Source: Candidatus Saccharimonadota bacterium
Lineage (GTDB): Bacteria; Patescibacteriota; Microgenomatia; UBA1406; GWC2-37-13
Length of the DNA stretch: 32,000 nt
Assembly: GCA_016699265.1 (NCBI GenBank)
Contig: CP064967.1
Span: 150,001-182,000 of the forward strand
Direction of reading: 5' to 3'
Below the pieces are notes generated by a model that saw only the letters and a list, made by a program, of their open reading frames with translations, was not told the origin of the DNA and did not search any database. Made by a program: the position numbers and the translations under genes. Below, in pieces: positions 24,247-31,814 of the stretch; position 1 is the stretch's first letter; each line of letters starts with the position of its first letter.

Positions 24247-24924
24247 TTACTTTACCCGTCTTTTAAGATACGCGCCCGATCCAAGACCAAGCATCTGTAA
24301 TGCTAGTAATCCAAGTCCATACTCAGGTCCAGCATTAGGCTGAGATTTTACTCCGAGTACTTTTTTCTCAATACAAAACTGAGCAGCATCATCGTCACTT
24401 ACCATTGAATTTGAAGCTACAGCCTTGTTATAGACACAGAAAACACCCTTATCTGTTGGGAGTTTTTCCTGAGACACAACCTTCGTGTTTAATGTATATA
24501 TATATTCCTCACCCGCATTTAAGGCAAGGTTGTCCGATAGAGTAATGGTTCGAGTTGCTAAATCGTAGTTCTTCACATCTACAGCCTCGAGACTTGTAGG
24601 AAGTGTGTCTTTTACCACGATGTTGCTCAATTTATGATCGGAAGTATTCTTAACCTTGATTTTGAACGATACGGTTTGGCCAGCAAAGAAGCGCTGATCT
24701 GTAGATCCAAGATTATCGACAAAGGTTGTAGAGGTCGTTCCACCCTTGGTAGTTACCTGATTCATACCCACGGTCTTATCAACCAAGATAGAGTTAGATT
24801 GACCACCCTGTCCGTAAGGTCCGTACGCTCCGTACTGACCGTACTGGGCTAAAGCTCCTTGACCTAATGAAAGGAACAAGAAACCTGACAAAAGAAATGT
24901 TACTACTCGCGTCCCCTTAATCAT
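24247..24924 (-). CDS. Secreted DUF11-like (conserved repeat domain) surface protein with a C-terminal sorting-signal-like tail
   Basis: Signal peptide VVTFLLSGFLFLSLGQGALA, then a QYGQYGAYGPYGQGGQ low-complexity stretch. VDKTV...FFAGQTVSFKIKVKNTSDHKLSNIVVKDTLP matches the DUF11/TIGR01451 pattern. The tail is QPNAGPEY + GLGLLALQMLGLGSGA + YLKRRVK. Confidence 0.7.
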   Translation of the reverse strand: MIKGTRVVTFLLSGFLFLSLGQGALAQYGQYGAYGPYGQGGQSNSILVDKTVGMNQVTTKGGTTSTTFVDNLGSTDQRFFAGQTVSFKIKVKNTSDHKLSNIVVKDTLPTSLEAVDVKNYDLATRTITLSDNLALNAGEEYIYTLNTKVVSQEKLPTDKGVFCVYNKAVASNSMVSDDDAAQFCIEKKVLGVKSQPNAGPEYGLGLLALQMLGLGSGAYLKRRVK

Positions 24925-25123
24925 GACAATAGTATACTATAAGACTATATGGATGTCAACTATAGGCTGGTTGGTCTACAACAAGCCTAGTTGAAGGTTT
25001 GGAAGGTTTGAAGGTTGGAAGGTTTGGTTTGGAAGATTAGATAACAAGTTAACCAGTTAGCCATCGAAACAAACTTTTAAACCTGCAACTTTCTAAACGC
25101 GTCAACTTGAGTTACAATACGAT

Positions 25124-25744
25124 ATGAAATTGAACTCAAAACAGCTTCGGGATCTTAAGCCTGAGGAGGCTAAATTAGTCCTTCGGCAGGCTCAGGACGC
25201 GGCCTCGGAACAGGATCGGGACACTGTGCGAAACCCAATCTTTTTCATTGTTGAGAATGTATACGATACCTACAATGTAGGCGGTTTGTTCCGACTTGCC
25301 GACGCGCTGAACGTAGCTAAAATCTATCTTTGTGGCGAAACAGAGATCCCCCCAAATCACAAAATAGTCAAAGCCTCAATAGGCACATATAAGATAGTAC
25401 CTTGGGAGTATAAGAGTTCGGCTGCTGAAGCTATCGCAGAACTCAGAACTCAGAACTCAGATGTTGGCAAGAATCTGAAAACTGATAACCGAAAACCGAT
25501 AACTATTATTGCAGTTGAACAAAGTGGGAAGAGCATAGACTACAGAAAGGCGAGCTATGAGGCTCCAGTGGCTCTGTTGGTAGGGAATGAAACAAGTGGC
25601 GTAACTGAGGAAACGCTTACATTATGTGATCAGATTGTTGAGATTCCGATGTGGGGGATCAATAAGAGTCTAAATGTGATTGTGTCAGCGGCTATTGTGG
25701 GCTATTTTGTAGTGGGTTCGACCGTAACTCCTTCAGAGTCCTGA
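25124..25744 (+). CDS. SpoU/TrmH-family RNA 2'-O-methyltransferase
   Basis: VENVYDTYNVGGLFRLADA, LLVGNETSGVTEE and IPMWGINKSLNVIVSAAI are SpoU motifs 1-3. The gene contains repeat-derived insertions at 25437-25506. Confidence 0.8.
   Translation: MKLNSKQLRDLKPEEAKLVLRQAQDAASEQDRDTVRNPIFFIVENVYDTYNVGGLFRLADALNVAKIYLCGETEIPPNHKIVKASIGTYKIVPWEYKSSAAEAIAELRTQNSDVGKNLKTDNRKPITIIAVEQSGKSIDYRKASYEAPVALLVGNETSGVTEETLTLCDQIVEIPMWGINKSLNVIVSAAIVGYFVVGSTVTPSES
25437..25460. repeat. Tandem heptamer (AGAACTC)x3 inside the trmH-like CDS
   Basis: cagaactcagaactcagaactcag, read directly. It encodes ELRTQNS. Confidence 0.85.
25473..25506. repeat. Family E repeat, copy in the trmH-like CDS
   Basis: atctgaaaactgataaccgaaaaccgataactat encodes LKTDNRKPIT. 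The counterpart lies on the opposite strand at 17642-17675. Confidence 0.75.
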
Positions 25745-26304
25745 AAAAGTGTAGGAAAACTTTCGAATACCGTGCGTGCAACTCTACTTTCCAACATTAT
25801 GTTTTTGAGGCCGTTTCCGTCCAAATCATAGTAAAAAGCATCGCGATTTTTCGGTTCAAGGGCCATAAGCAGAGCAATGAGTGGTCGGTCGTCCAATATT
25901 ATCTGCGTTCCAGGATTACCTGCTTTATAGAACTCGACCATAAGACTTCGCAGTCCCTCGATTCTCCTGTCCACAGTCTGCCAGAGCTTAGGATCGTTTT
26001 GAACCTGTTTTGCAATATCTTCCATTTCTCTATGGCCTTGGTCATTCTCAAGAATTGCCTCTGGACTGAGCCTTTTAGCTTTGAGAGGATCTGAGATTGG
26101 CTCTAGTGGGTGCTCCTGAATTAAACGATGATGTATGTTCAAGGCAAGCTGATTGGTTGCGGTTGCAACTGCATCTTGAAGAGGACTTACCTTGCTGATA
26201 TCAAGTCGCAGTGGTAATGAAGTAACTACGGAGGCGAAGCGACTTTCTAAGGGAGTTGGGAGTGGTTCAGGTGGTAAAGTTATGGATCCTGGTGCTTCTG
26301 CCAT
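25702..26304 (-). CDS. Hypothetical cytoplasmic protein
   Basis: 200-aa ORF with no TM and no recognised motif. Its 3' end overlaps the convergent trmH-like gene by 43 nt. Confidence 0.5.
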   Translation of the reverse strand: MAEAPGSITLPPEPLPTPLESRFASVVTSLPLRLDISKVSPLQDAVATATNQLALNIHHRLIQEHPLEPISDPLKAKRLSPEAILENDQGHREMEDIAKQVQNDPKLWQTVDRRIEGLRSLMVEFYKAGNPGTQIILDDRPLIALLMALEPKNRDAFYYDLDGNGLKNIMLESRVARTVFESFPTLFQDSEGVTVEPTTK

Positions 26305-26313
26305 GAGAGGATT

Positions 26314-26805
26314 TTAATGAGTTTTACGATGTTTTGCAAGGGTAGCTCGCTTTGTACGAAGTGTTTTCAGTACTATGGCCGAGATTATCGCTCCAACTAT
26401 GAATCCACCTATTATGTCGATAGGTCGGTGGCAGTGTAGGTAAATGCGAGAGTAGGCGATTAGGGTGGCTAGGATAAGATAAAACCATCTTCGTTTGGGA
26501 TCAAGGTGCGAAAGTACGAGCCCTGCTGCAAACGAAGTCGCGGTGTGACCCGAGGGGAACGAAAAATCTGTTGGGCAGTACTCAGAATTAAGTAGATAGT
26601 ATGAGGGGCGCTGCATGTGGAATGTGAACTTGAGCGCTTCTGTGGCTAAGAAACTTAGAATTACCGCAGTAGCCGTGCCTGTAAGGAGACGAGTCGCATG
26701 ATTTCTTTGTCGGTGGGCAGCAATCATGGCTAAACACAGCCAAACAAGCGAGTAGTTGCCAAGAAATGTAAGAAAAAGGAAAAATTGATTAAGAACTGTA
26801 AACAT
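26314..26805 (-). CDS. PAP2-family phosphatase (undecaprenyl-diphosphate / phosphatidate phosphatase type)
   Basis: KFTFHMQRP (KX6RP), PSGH and SRIYLHCHRPID (SRX5HX3D). I chose the start at the internal ATG 26805 because the upstream 75 codons run through repeat DNA and the neighbouring gene. Confidence 0.75.
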   Translation of the reverse strand: MFTVLNQFFLFLTFLGNYSLVWLCLAMIAAHRQRNHATRLLTGTATAVILSFLATEALKFTFHMQRPSYYLLNSEYCPTDFSFPSGHTATSFAAGLVLSHLDPKRRWFYLILATLIAYSRIYLHCHRPIDIIGGFIVGAIISAIVLKTLRTKRATLAKHRKTH

Positions 26806-27355
26806 ATGTTGGGTGTACGCCCTTAATTGTACGTGAAGGTGTGAGGTTGGGGATAGGGTAGAAATACGATACGAATTTAAAACCATGCCTGCCGGCAGGC
26901 AGGTTTGAAAATTGTAATTTGCAATTTTTAAATACTTTTGAAAGGAACCACGGGGAGATGTAGGCGAAGAACGTGGTTTTCGTATACGGTATATCGTATT
27001 TCGTATACCGTATTGAGAAGATGTCGCCATACATCACTTTGATATTTTTGCGATTGGGGTGAATGAGAAGGCGAAGCCAGATTACAGCGATGAGAATGGG
27101 GTTAATTTCAATTGCAATAAACTTTATATTAAGTTTTTTACGATGAGCCTCTGTTGCGGCTGCGAAGATTACGACTCCATCTCCAGCACCTAGATCATAC
27201 ACGACTTGATCGTTGGCGAGTTGGAGCGACAGGACAATTTTATTAATATCTTTTTTGTTTGATGGAAAGTAGGGGATGGGGGATAGTTTTCTGGATACGA
27301 AGAATGCAATTGATATCGATAAGAACAGGCTCAATAGTGATACGATAGTTATCAT
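26789..27355 (-). CDS. Small class I SAM-dependent methyltransferase with repeat-derived in-frame insertions
   Basis: Motif I is VVYDLGAGDGVV. The C-terminal half contains IRYTKYDIPYTK and CKLQFSNLPAGRHG, encoded by palindromic repeats at 26981-27013 and 26886-26930. Confidence 0.65.
   Translation of the reverse strand: MITIVSLLSLFLSISIAFFVSRKLSPIPYFPSNKKDINKIVLSLQLANDQVVYDLGAGDGVVIFAAATEAHRKKLNIKFIAIEINPILIAVIWLRLLIHPNRKNIKVMYGDIFSIRYTKYDIPYTKTTFFAYISPWFLSKVFKNCKLQFSNLPAGRHGFKFVSYFYPIPNLTPSRTIKGVHPTYVYSS
26886..26903. repeat. Palindromic repeat GCCTGCCGGCAGGC(AGG), copy 2 of 3, inside a CDS
   Basis: catgcctgccggcaggcagg is followed by tttgaaaattgtaatttgcaattt, the same neighbourhood motif family as copy 1. 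Confidence 0.75.
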
Positions 27356-27473
27356 CTCAATTTCTAATTTCTCCCGATTCTTCAGAATCGAGGATCCCGA
27401 CTGTTATATCGGGATAATTTCTAATAACTCTATTACTAATGCATTCTGTATATAAACGCTGTATATTTTTAAT

Positions 27474-28169
27474 ATGTCTATGAATGGGAATTATACTCCT
27501 TTGAATATCTCACATAAAGATCATGAAGCTGCGGTTTCGCATGCAAAATATCATCATATAGGGCTTCGTGCTGCGATATTTAGCATTTTTGCTCTCTTGG
27601 TTGTTTTTACGTATAACTTCATGCAGATGGAACAGCTCTCGCTGCGCGTATGGAACAGGTCTTTTGCAGATGCCGGAATGTTCTTAATCGGGATATCCTT
27701 CGCACTTAGTGGTCTCTGTTATTTTTACAACTTTGTAGACGACAAAATTGTTTATAGGCGAGATCTAGGAATGAACGGATTCTATTTGATCGCTCTGCAT
27801 GCTATCTATTCTTTCTTACTTAATAAGCACATTGCTTGGTACACCTACTTCGAAAAAGATCGATTAATCGCCTTTATACCAGCGGTTATATCTTTGTTGA
27901 TCTTTTTTACTATGGCTTTAGTCTCAAACAAGTATGCTGGACAGTGGCTGGGGCCACAGCGATGGAGAACGATACTACGTATTGGATATATCGCCTATGT
28001 GCTCGGAGCGATGCATTCAGGGTTTTGGTCGTATGAAGATTGGCAGATGTGGTTCGGCGACGTATCGTTGCCTCCGATTTCACTTGTGATAACTGTTTTC
28101 GTTGGATTAGTCGTACTCCTGCGAGTTGTTCTGTGGTGGGTCTTGAATAATAAAAATAAGAAATCTTGA
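27474..28169 (+). CDS. Polytopic membrane protein (6 TM, conserved His residues; possibly a ferric-reductase/MsrQ-like heme-binding domain)
   Basis: Hydrophobic helices with His in TM segments (LIALHAIYSF, GAMHSGFW). The functional assignment is weak. Confidence 0.5.
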   Translation: MSMNGNYTPLNISHKDHEAAVSHAKYHHIGLRAAIFSIFALLVVFTYNFMQMEQLSLRVWNRSFADAGMFLIGISFALSGLCYFYNFVDDKIVYRRDLGMNGFYLIALHAIYSFLLNKHIAWYTYFEKDRLIAFIPAVISLLIFFTMALVSNKYAGQWLGPQRWRTILRIGYIAYVLGAMHSGFWSYEDWQMWFGDVSLPPISLVITVFVGLVVLLRVVLWWVLNNKNKKS

Positions 28170-28294
28170 GATTGGCACTCTCTGAGTGAGGCCGAAGGGT
28201 CCGCCTTTGTCAAGACTTCGGTGGACCGAGGGAGTCGCCCCGATTGCCGCAGCATCGGGATCCCGATTGCTTATCGGGAAACCCTCTTCAAATG

Positions 28295-28377
28295 TGCCGA
28301 GGGAGAGAATCGAACTCTCATGACCTTGCGGTCATAGGTTTTTGAGACCTACGTGTCTGCCGTTCCACCACCTCGGC
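28295..28377 (-). tRNA. tRNA-Leu (anticodon CAA)
   Basis: The minus-strand sequence is GCCGAGG-TG-GTG-GAACGGCAGA-CAC-G-TAGGT-CTCAAAA-ACCTA-T GACC GCAA GGTC AT-GAGAG-TTCGATT-CTCTC-CCTCGGC-A. It folds into a full cloverleaf with a long variable arm. No CCA is encoded. Confidence 0.85.
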
Positions 28378-28410
28378 ATAATCTATTGACTAGCCCGTAT
28401 ATCATTACAG

Positions 28411-28428
28411 CCTGCCTGCCGGCAGGCA
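28411..28428. repeat. Palindromic repeat CCTGCCTGCCGGCAGGCA, copy 3 of 3
   Basis: Read directly, in the intergenic region between tRNA-Leu and pepA. Confidence 0.75.
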
Positions 28429-28531
28429 CATTCCCTTATGTCGTAGTTTAAATTATACAGTATTTAGAATAAAGCATTAGATCGCTCTAAATACTAAATA
28501 CTAAAAACTGACACACTATTATTTTTGGGGG

Positions 28532-28560
28532 TTGACGTAAGTAGATGTCGGGATTAAGAT
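28532..28560 (+). promoter_or_regulatory. Sigma70-like promoter placed for a leaderless or near-leaderless pepA mRNA
   Basis: TTGACG (28532-28537), a 17-nt spacer, then TAAGAT (28555-28560). The ATG at 28566 is only 5 nt downstream and there is no SD. Confidence 0.4.
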
Positions 28561-28565
28561 AGGGT

Positions 28566-30080
28566 ATGAAGGCTTCGATTTTAAGCTCAACCCCAGCTAC
28601 AAAACAGGTTGAGATGCTTTCTTACCTCGTCTACGAGGGTGAAAAACTTCTTCATAATCCTTCTCAAGAAATGCTTAAAAGATCTGATTTCACCGGAGCA
28701 GATGGACAGATTCTAACGGTGGATAATCTTGATGGATATGATGTAGTGGTATTTGCAGGTCTAGGTAAGAAAAAAAACGTTTCAGAGCTCAAGATGCAAA
28801 ACGCAGTAGCCTCAGTTGTTCGTTTTGCTACCTCGAAAAATCTGTCTACTCTTGCCGTCGTTATTCCGGAGGAGCTTAGCCCAGAGCTCAAAGGCTCGAG
28901 TTGCATGGTTGGAGCCCGACTAGGAGCTTACCAGTTTCTGAAATATAAAACCGATGAAAAAACGAAGAAGTTTAAAAAGATTGAACAGATTTCATTCGTT
29001 GTTTCGAAAGGTGCTGAAGATTTTAAAAAAGGTCTTGAGTTTGGTGTTGTTCTAGCAAGCGGTGTCGCTCTAGCACGCGATCTCGTAAATGATCCGGCCT
29101 CTCACACGAATACACAGACTCTTGTCGATACGGCGAACTTAATTGCAAGTAGCTCGGAAAATATCTCGGTTACAGTGATGGACGAAGAGCAGTGTAAAAA
29201 ACTAGGCATGGGATCGTATCTTTCGGTCGCTCGGGGAAGCATAGTTCCTCCTAAATTTATCGTTTTACATTACTCGCCCTCCGTCAGTGCAAAATCCCCC
29301 AAAGGGCGATCGACCTCTGGTCGAAAAAAGATTGCTTTAGTTGGAAAATCGATAATGTTTGATTCGGGAGGACTTTCTTTAAAGCCATCAGAGTCAATGG
29401 AGGATATGAAGATAGATATGTCAGGGGGAGCCACTGTACTTGGAGTATTCAAAATTCTCTCGGAACTTTCGAGCAATCCCGACTTCGCCAAAGCAACGGC
29501 GGGAAAAGAAATTTTCGGAATTCTCCCTTCGTGTGAGAATATGCCATCGGGTCATGCAACTAGACCGGGAGATATAGTAACAGCCATGAACGGTAAAACT
29601 ATCGAGGTTTTGAATACTGATGCTGAAGGTAGACTCACGCTTGCTGATGGACTCGTCTATGCGGAGAAACATTGTAAAGCAGATGTCATTATCGATCTTG
29701 CAACTTTAACAGGAGCATGTATGGTTGCTCTTGGGAATGACCTTGCAGGATTGTTCAGTAATGATGATGAGTTGTCACAATCTTTTGAAAAAGAAGCAAA
29801 AGAGACGGGAGACGAGTTCTGGAAAATGCCGCTTCATCTGCCATACTTAAAAAAAATGAAAAGTGACATTGCAGATCTCAAAAATATAGGTGGAGGGAGA
29901 TATGGGGGCGCAATAACTGCCGCAGTATTTTTATCGGAGTTTGTAGAAAAAGCAAAATGGATTCATATCGATATTGCGGGACCAGCTTTTAGGACCGAAG
30001 CGCCTAAGGGAGCGCTAGGCAAAGGTGCGACTGGATGGGGCGTGTTATCTATTTACCAATTTCTAATTTCTAATTACTAA
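28566..30080 (+). CDS. pepA: Leucyl aminopeptidase (peptidase M17)
   Basis: VGKSIMFDSGGLSLKP, MKIDMSGGA and NTDAEGRLTLAD are the M17 signatures. It carries a repeat-derived insert at 29303-29325. Confidence 0.9.
   Translation: MKASILSSTPATKQVEMLSYLVYEGEKLLHNPSQEMLKRSDFTGADGQILTVDNLDGYDVVVFAGLGKKKNVSELKMQNAVASVVRFATSKNLSTLAVVIPEELSPELKGSSCMVGARLGAYQFLKYKTDEKTKKFKKIEQISFVVSKGAEDFKKGLEFGVVLASGVALARDLVNDPASHTNTQTLVDTANLIASSSENISVTVMDEEQCKKLGMGSYLSVARGSIVPPKFIVLHYSPSVSAKSPKGRSTSGRKKIALVGKSIMFDSGGLSLKPSESMEDMKIDMSGGATVLGVFKILSELSSNPDFAKATAGKEIFGILPSCENMPSGHATRPGDIVTAMNGKTIEVLNTDAEGRLTLADGLVYAEKHCKADVIIDLATLTGACMVALGNDLAGLFSNDDELSQSFEKEAKETGDEFWKMPLHLPYLKKMKSDIADLKNIGGGRYGGAITAAVFLSEFVEKAKWIHIDIAGPAFRTEAPKGALGKGATGWGVLSIYQFLISNY
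29303..29325. repeat. Family D hairpin repeat in the pepA CDS
   Basis: agggcgatCGACCtctGGTCGaa encodes KGRSTSGRK. It is identical at 22 of 23 positions to 31325-31347. Confidence 0.8.
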
Positions 30081-30098
30081 TTTCTAATTTATACAATT

Positions 30099-31205
30099 AT
30101 GAACTTACTAGATGCGGTTAAGACCAAGAACATCATTAAAATTTCCCTCGATGACTCTCTTTCCAGTGCATTATCCCATCTTTCATCTTCGCATGATGCG
30201 GCCTTTATTTTCGATGATAAGAAAAAATTTGTTGGCGTAATTAATCCTTATCATGCACTCATTCACGCATCATATCCCGGAAATGCGAAGGTTGCGCACT
30301 GTCTCTTTCATCCACCACATGTTAAAAACAACTACAGTATATCGAAGGTTGCCCAACTATTTATTGAGTCAAAGTTACACTATCTACCGGTTTTTAATGA
30401 TAAAGATGAGTTTATTGGCATAACATCTGCAAGAAGACTACTGACCCTTTACAAGGATCATCAGGTGTTTAAGAGGCCGATATCAGAGAGACTGAAGGAT
30501 AAAAATCAACCCTTATTGACCATATATGAGACCGATACAATTGCAAACGCGCTTCATTTGTTCAAAACACGAAAGATCTCAAAACTCATAATGATCAATC
30601 GCGATATGAAGTTAAAAGGAGTTCTGACCTACTACGATCTCATAAGTAACTTGGTAGCTCCAAAACATAAGGCTCACAAGGGAGATCGAGAGGGAGGTTT
30701 GAAACTTAGTTTTCAGAATCAGCCGGTCCGCAACTTTGCAAAGACTCAGTTACTTGTACTGTCGCCAAATCATCTCATGTCCGAAGCCCTACAGCTCATA
30801 CTCGACAAACAGATCGGGAGTGTCATGATCGTTGACGAGAACAAAAATCCAATCGGCGTAATCACAACAAGAGACTTTCTTTCCGCTCTAATTAGAGGCA
30901 AAAAGGAGAAGAAGATTGAGATCAGTGGAAAGGATCTTTCCGAGAACAGCCGTCATATTTTAAGCGGTTTCTTTTTCAACCTAAAGCACTGGGCTCACAG
31001 ACTGCCCAATGTAGAGTCGGTAAAGTTATTTGTCAGAGAGGAAAAAAGTGGAGGAGTCTTCAATGCAATGTTGTCTCTCATTCCAAAAAAAGGTGAGGCG
31101 ACCGTAGTGAAAAGAGAAGGAAAAAATCTCGCCGCAATCCTCAAGTCAATGAAGATTAAAAGAGATAAAACGGGACTAAACTATCCTGACAGAAAGGAAG
31201 ATTAA
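30099..31205 (+). CDS. Protein with two CBS-domain pairs and a C-terminal HPF/RaiA-like domain (tentative)
   Basis: The CBS-like blocks are FVGVINPYHAL, FIGITSARRLL, LKGVLTYYDLI and PIGVITTRDFL. The last ~90 aa (IEISGKDLSE...VKLFVREE...ATVVKREGKNLAAIL) resemble ribosome hibernation factor topology. Confidence 0.65.
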   Translation: MNLLDAVKTKNIIKISLDDSLSSALSHLSSSHDAAFIFDDKKKFVGVINPYHALIHASYPGNAKVAHCLFHPPHVKNNYSISKVAQLFIESKLHYLPVFNDKDEFIGITSARRLLTLYKDHQVFKRPISERLKDKNQPLLTIYETDTIANALHLFKTRKISKLIMINRDMKLKGVLTYYDLISNLVAPKHKAHKGDREGGLKLSFQNQPVRNFAKTQLLVLSPNHLMSEALQLILDKQIGSVMIVDENKNPIGVITTRDFLSALIRGKKEKKIEISGKDLSENSRHILSGFFFNLKHWAHRLPNVESVKLFVREEKSGGVFNAMLSLIPKKGEATVVKREGKNLAAILKSMKIKRDKTGLNYPDRKED

Positions 31206-31792
31206 GTCGTTATTTCTTTCAATCGATTTATTGCTCCACGAAGATTATGGAACTTGTAGTCGTGAGTGATGTTACTGTCAAGAAAGTTCGTAATCCAGAA
31301 GATTTTAGTAGATTTGTCGCCCTGAGGGCGATCGACCTTTGGTCGAAGCTCCTTCACGATATCCCAGTTATCTTCTACAAATACATCAAGACCAAGTTTC
31401 TCTATGGTGTTTTTCTTAAACTCATGCGGTTGCTCATTATTCACGTTGTGACGGTGTGAGGCGAATATATCATCTGCGTGTATGCTCTTCATCCATTTCT
31501 CAAAATCGTGAGTAAGAGAGGAGTAACGAGCAGTTATGAGATGAGCTTCTATTTTGTTGTCCTCAACAAGTTTTTTAAGTTCTTTGAGACCTCGCGCTGG
31601 GACAAAACTCGTTTTGTGGAGGAGATACCATGCGAACTTCATAATAGGCGATCGGGGAATATAGAAGGATGTTTTTTTCTTGTGAAAGAGGAGCTTACTG
31701 GTAAAGGCTGAGAAGGGGCGGAGGACTCTTACTGGGTTGTAAAGAATGACACCATCAAGGTCAAATCCAACCTTTAGAGGTTTTTTAGCCAT
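31202..31792 (-). CDS. HAD-superfamily hydrolase (5'-nucleotidase-like)
   Basis: Motif I is VGFDLDGVI. It converges on and overlaps the CBS gene by 4 nt. It carries the family D repeat at 31325-31347. Confidence 0.6.
   Translation of the reverse strand: MAKKPLKVGFDLDGVILYNPVRVLRPFSAFTSKLLFHKKKTSFYIPRSPIMKFAWYLLHKTSFVPARGLKELKKLVEDNKIEAHLITARYSSLTHDFEKWMKSIHADDIFASHRHNVNNEQPHEFKKNTIEKLGLDVFVEDNWDIVKELRPKVDRPQGDKSTKIFWITNFLDSNITHDYKFHNLRGAINRLKEITT
31325..31347. repeat. Family D hairpin repeat in the HAD hydrolase CDS (opposite coding strand)
   Basis: agggcgatCGACCtttGGTCGaa. Read on the minus strand it encodes RPKVDRPQG. Confidence 0.8.
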
Positions 31793-31814
31793 CCGTTATT
31801 ATATAATCTTTTCT

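Noticed and set aside
26806-27030. The N-terminal 75-codon extension of the PAP2 ORF (track start 27030).
   Set aside because: The extension runs through palindromic repeat DNA and fully overlaps the methyltransferase gene in another frame. The PAP2 TM core begins right after the internal ATG at 26805.
28170-28294. A relatively GC-rich 125-nt stretch between the membrane protein gene and tRNA-Leu, with small hairpins (cactctctgagtg, atcgggatcccgat) as a possible ncRNA.
   Set aside because: The motifs look like degenerate pieces of the family A palindromic repeat (atcccga / ctcagagtg types). There is no clear promoter or terminator and nothing that points to a specific RNA family.
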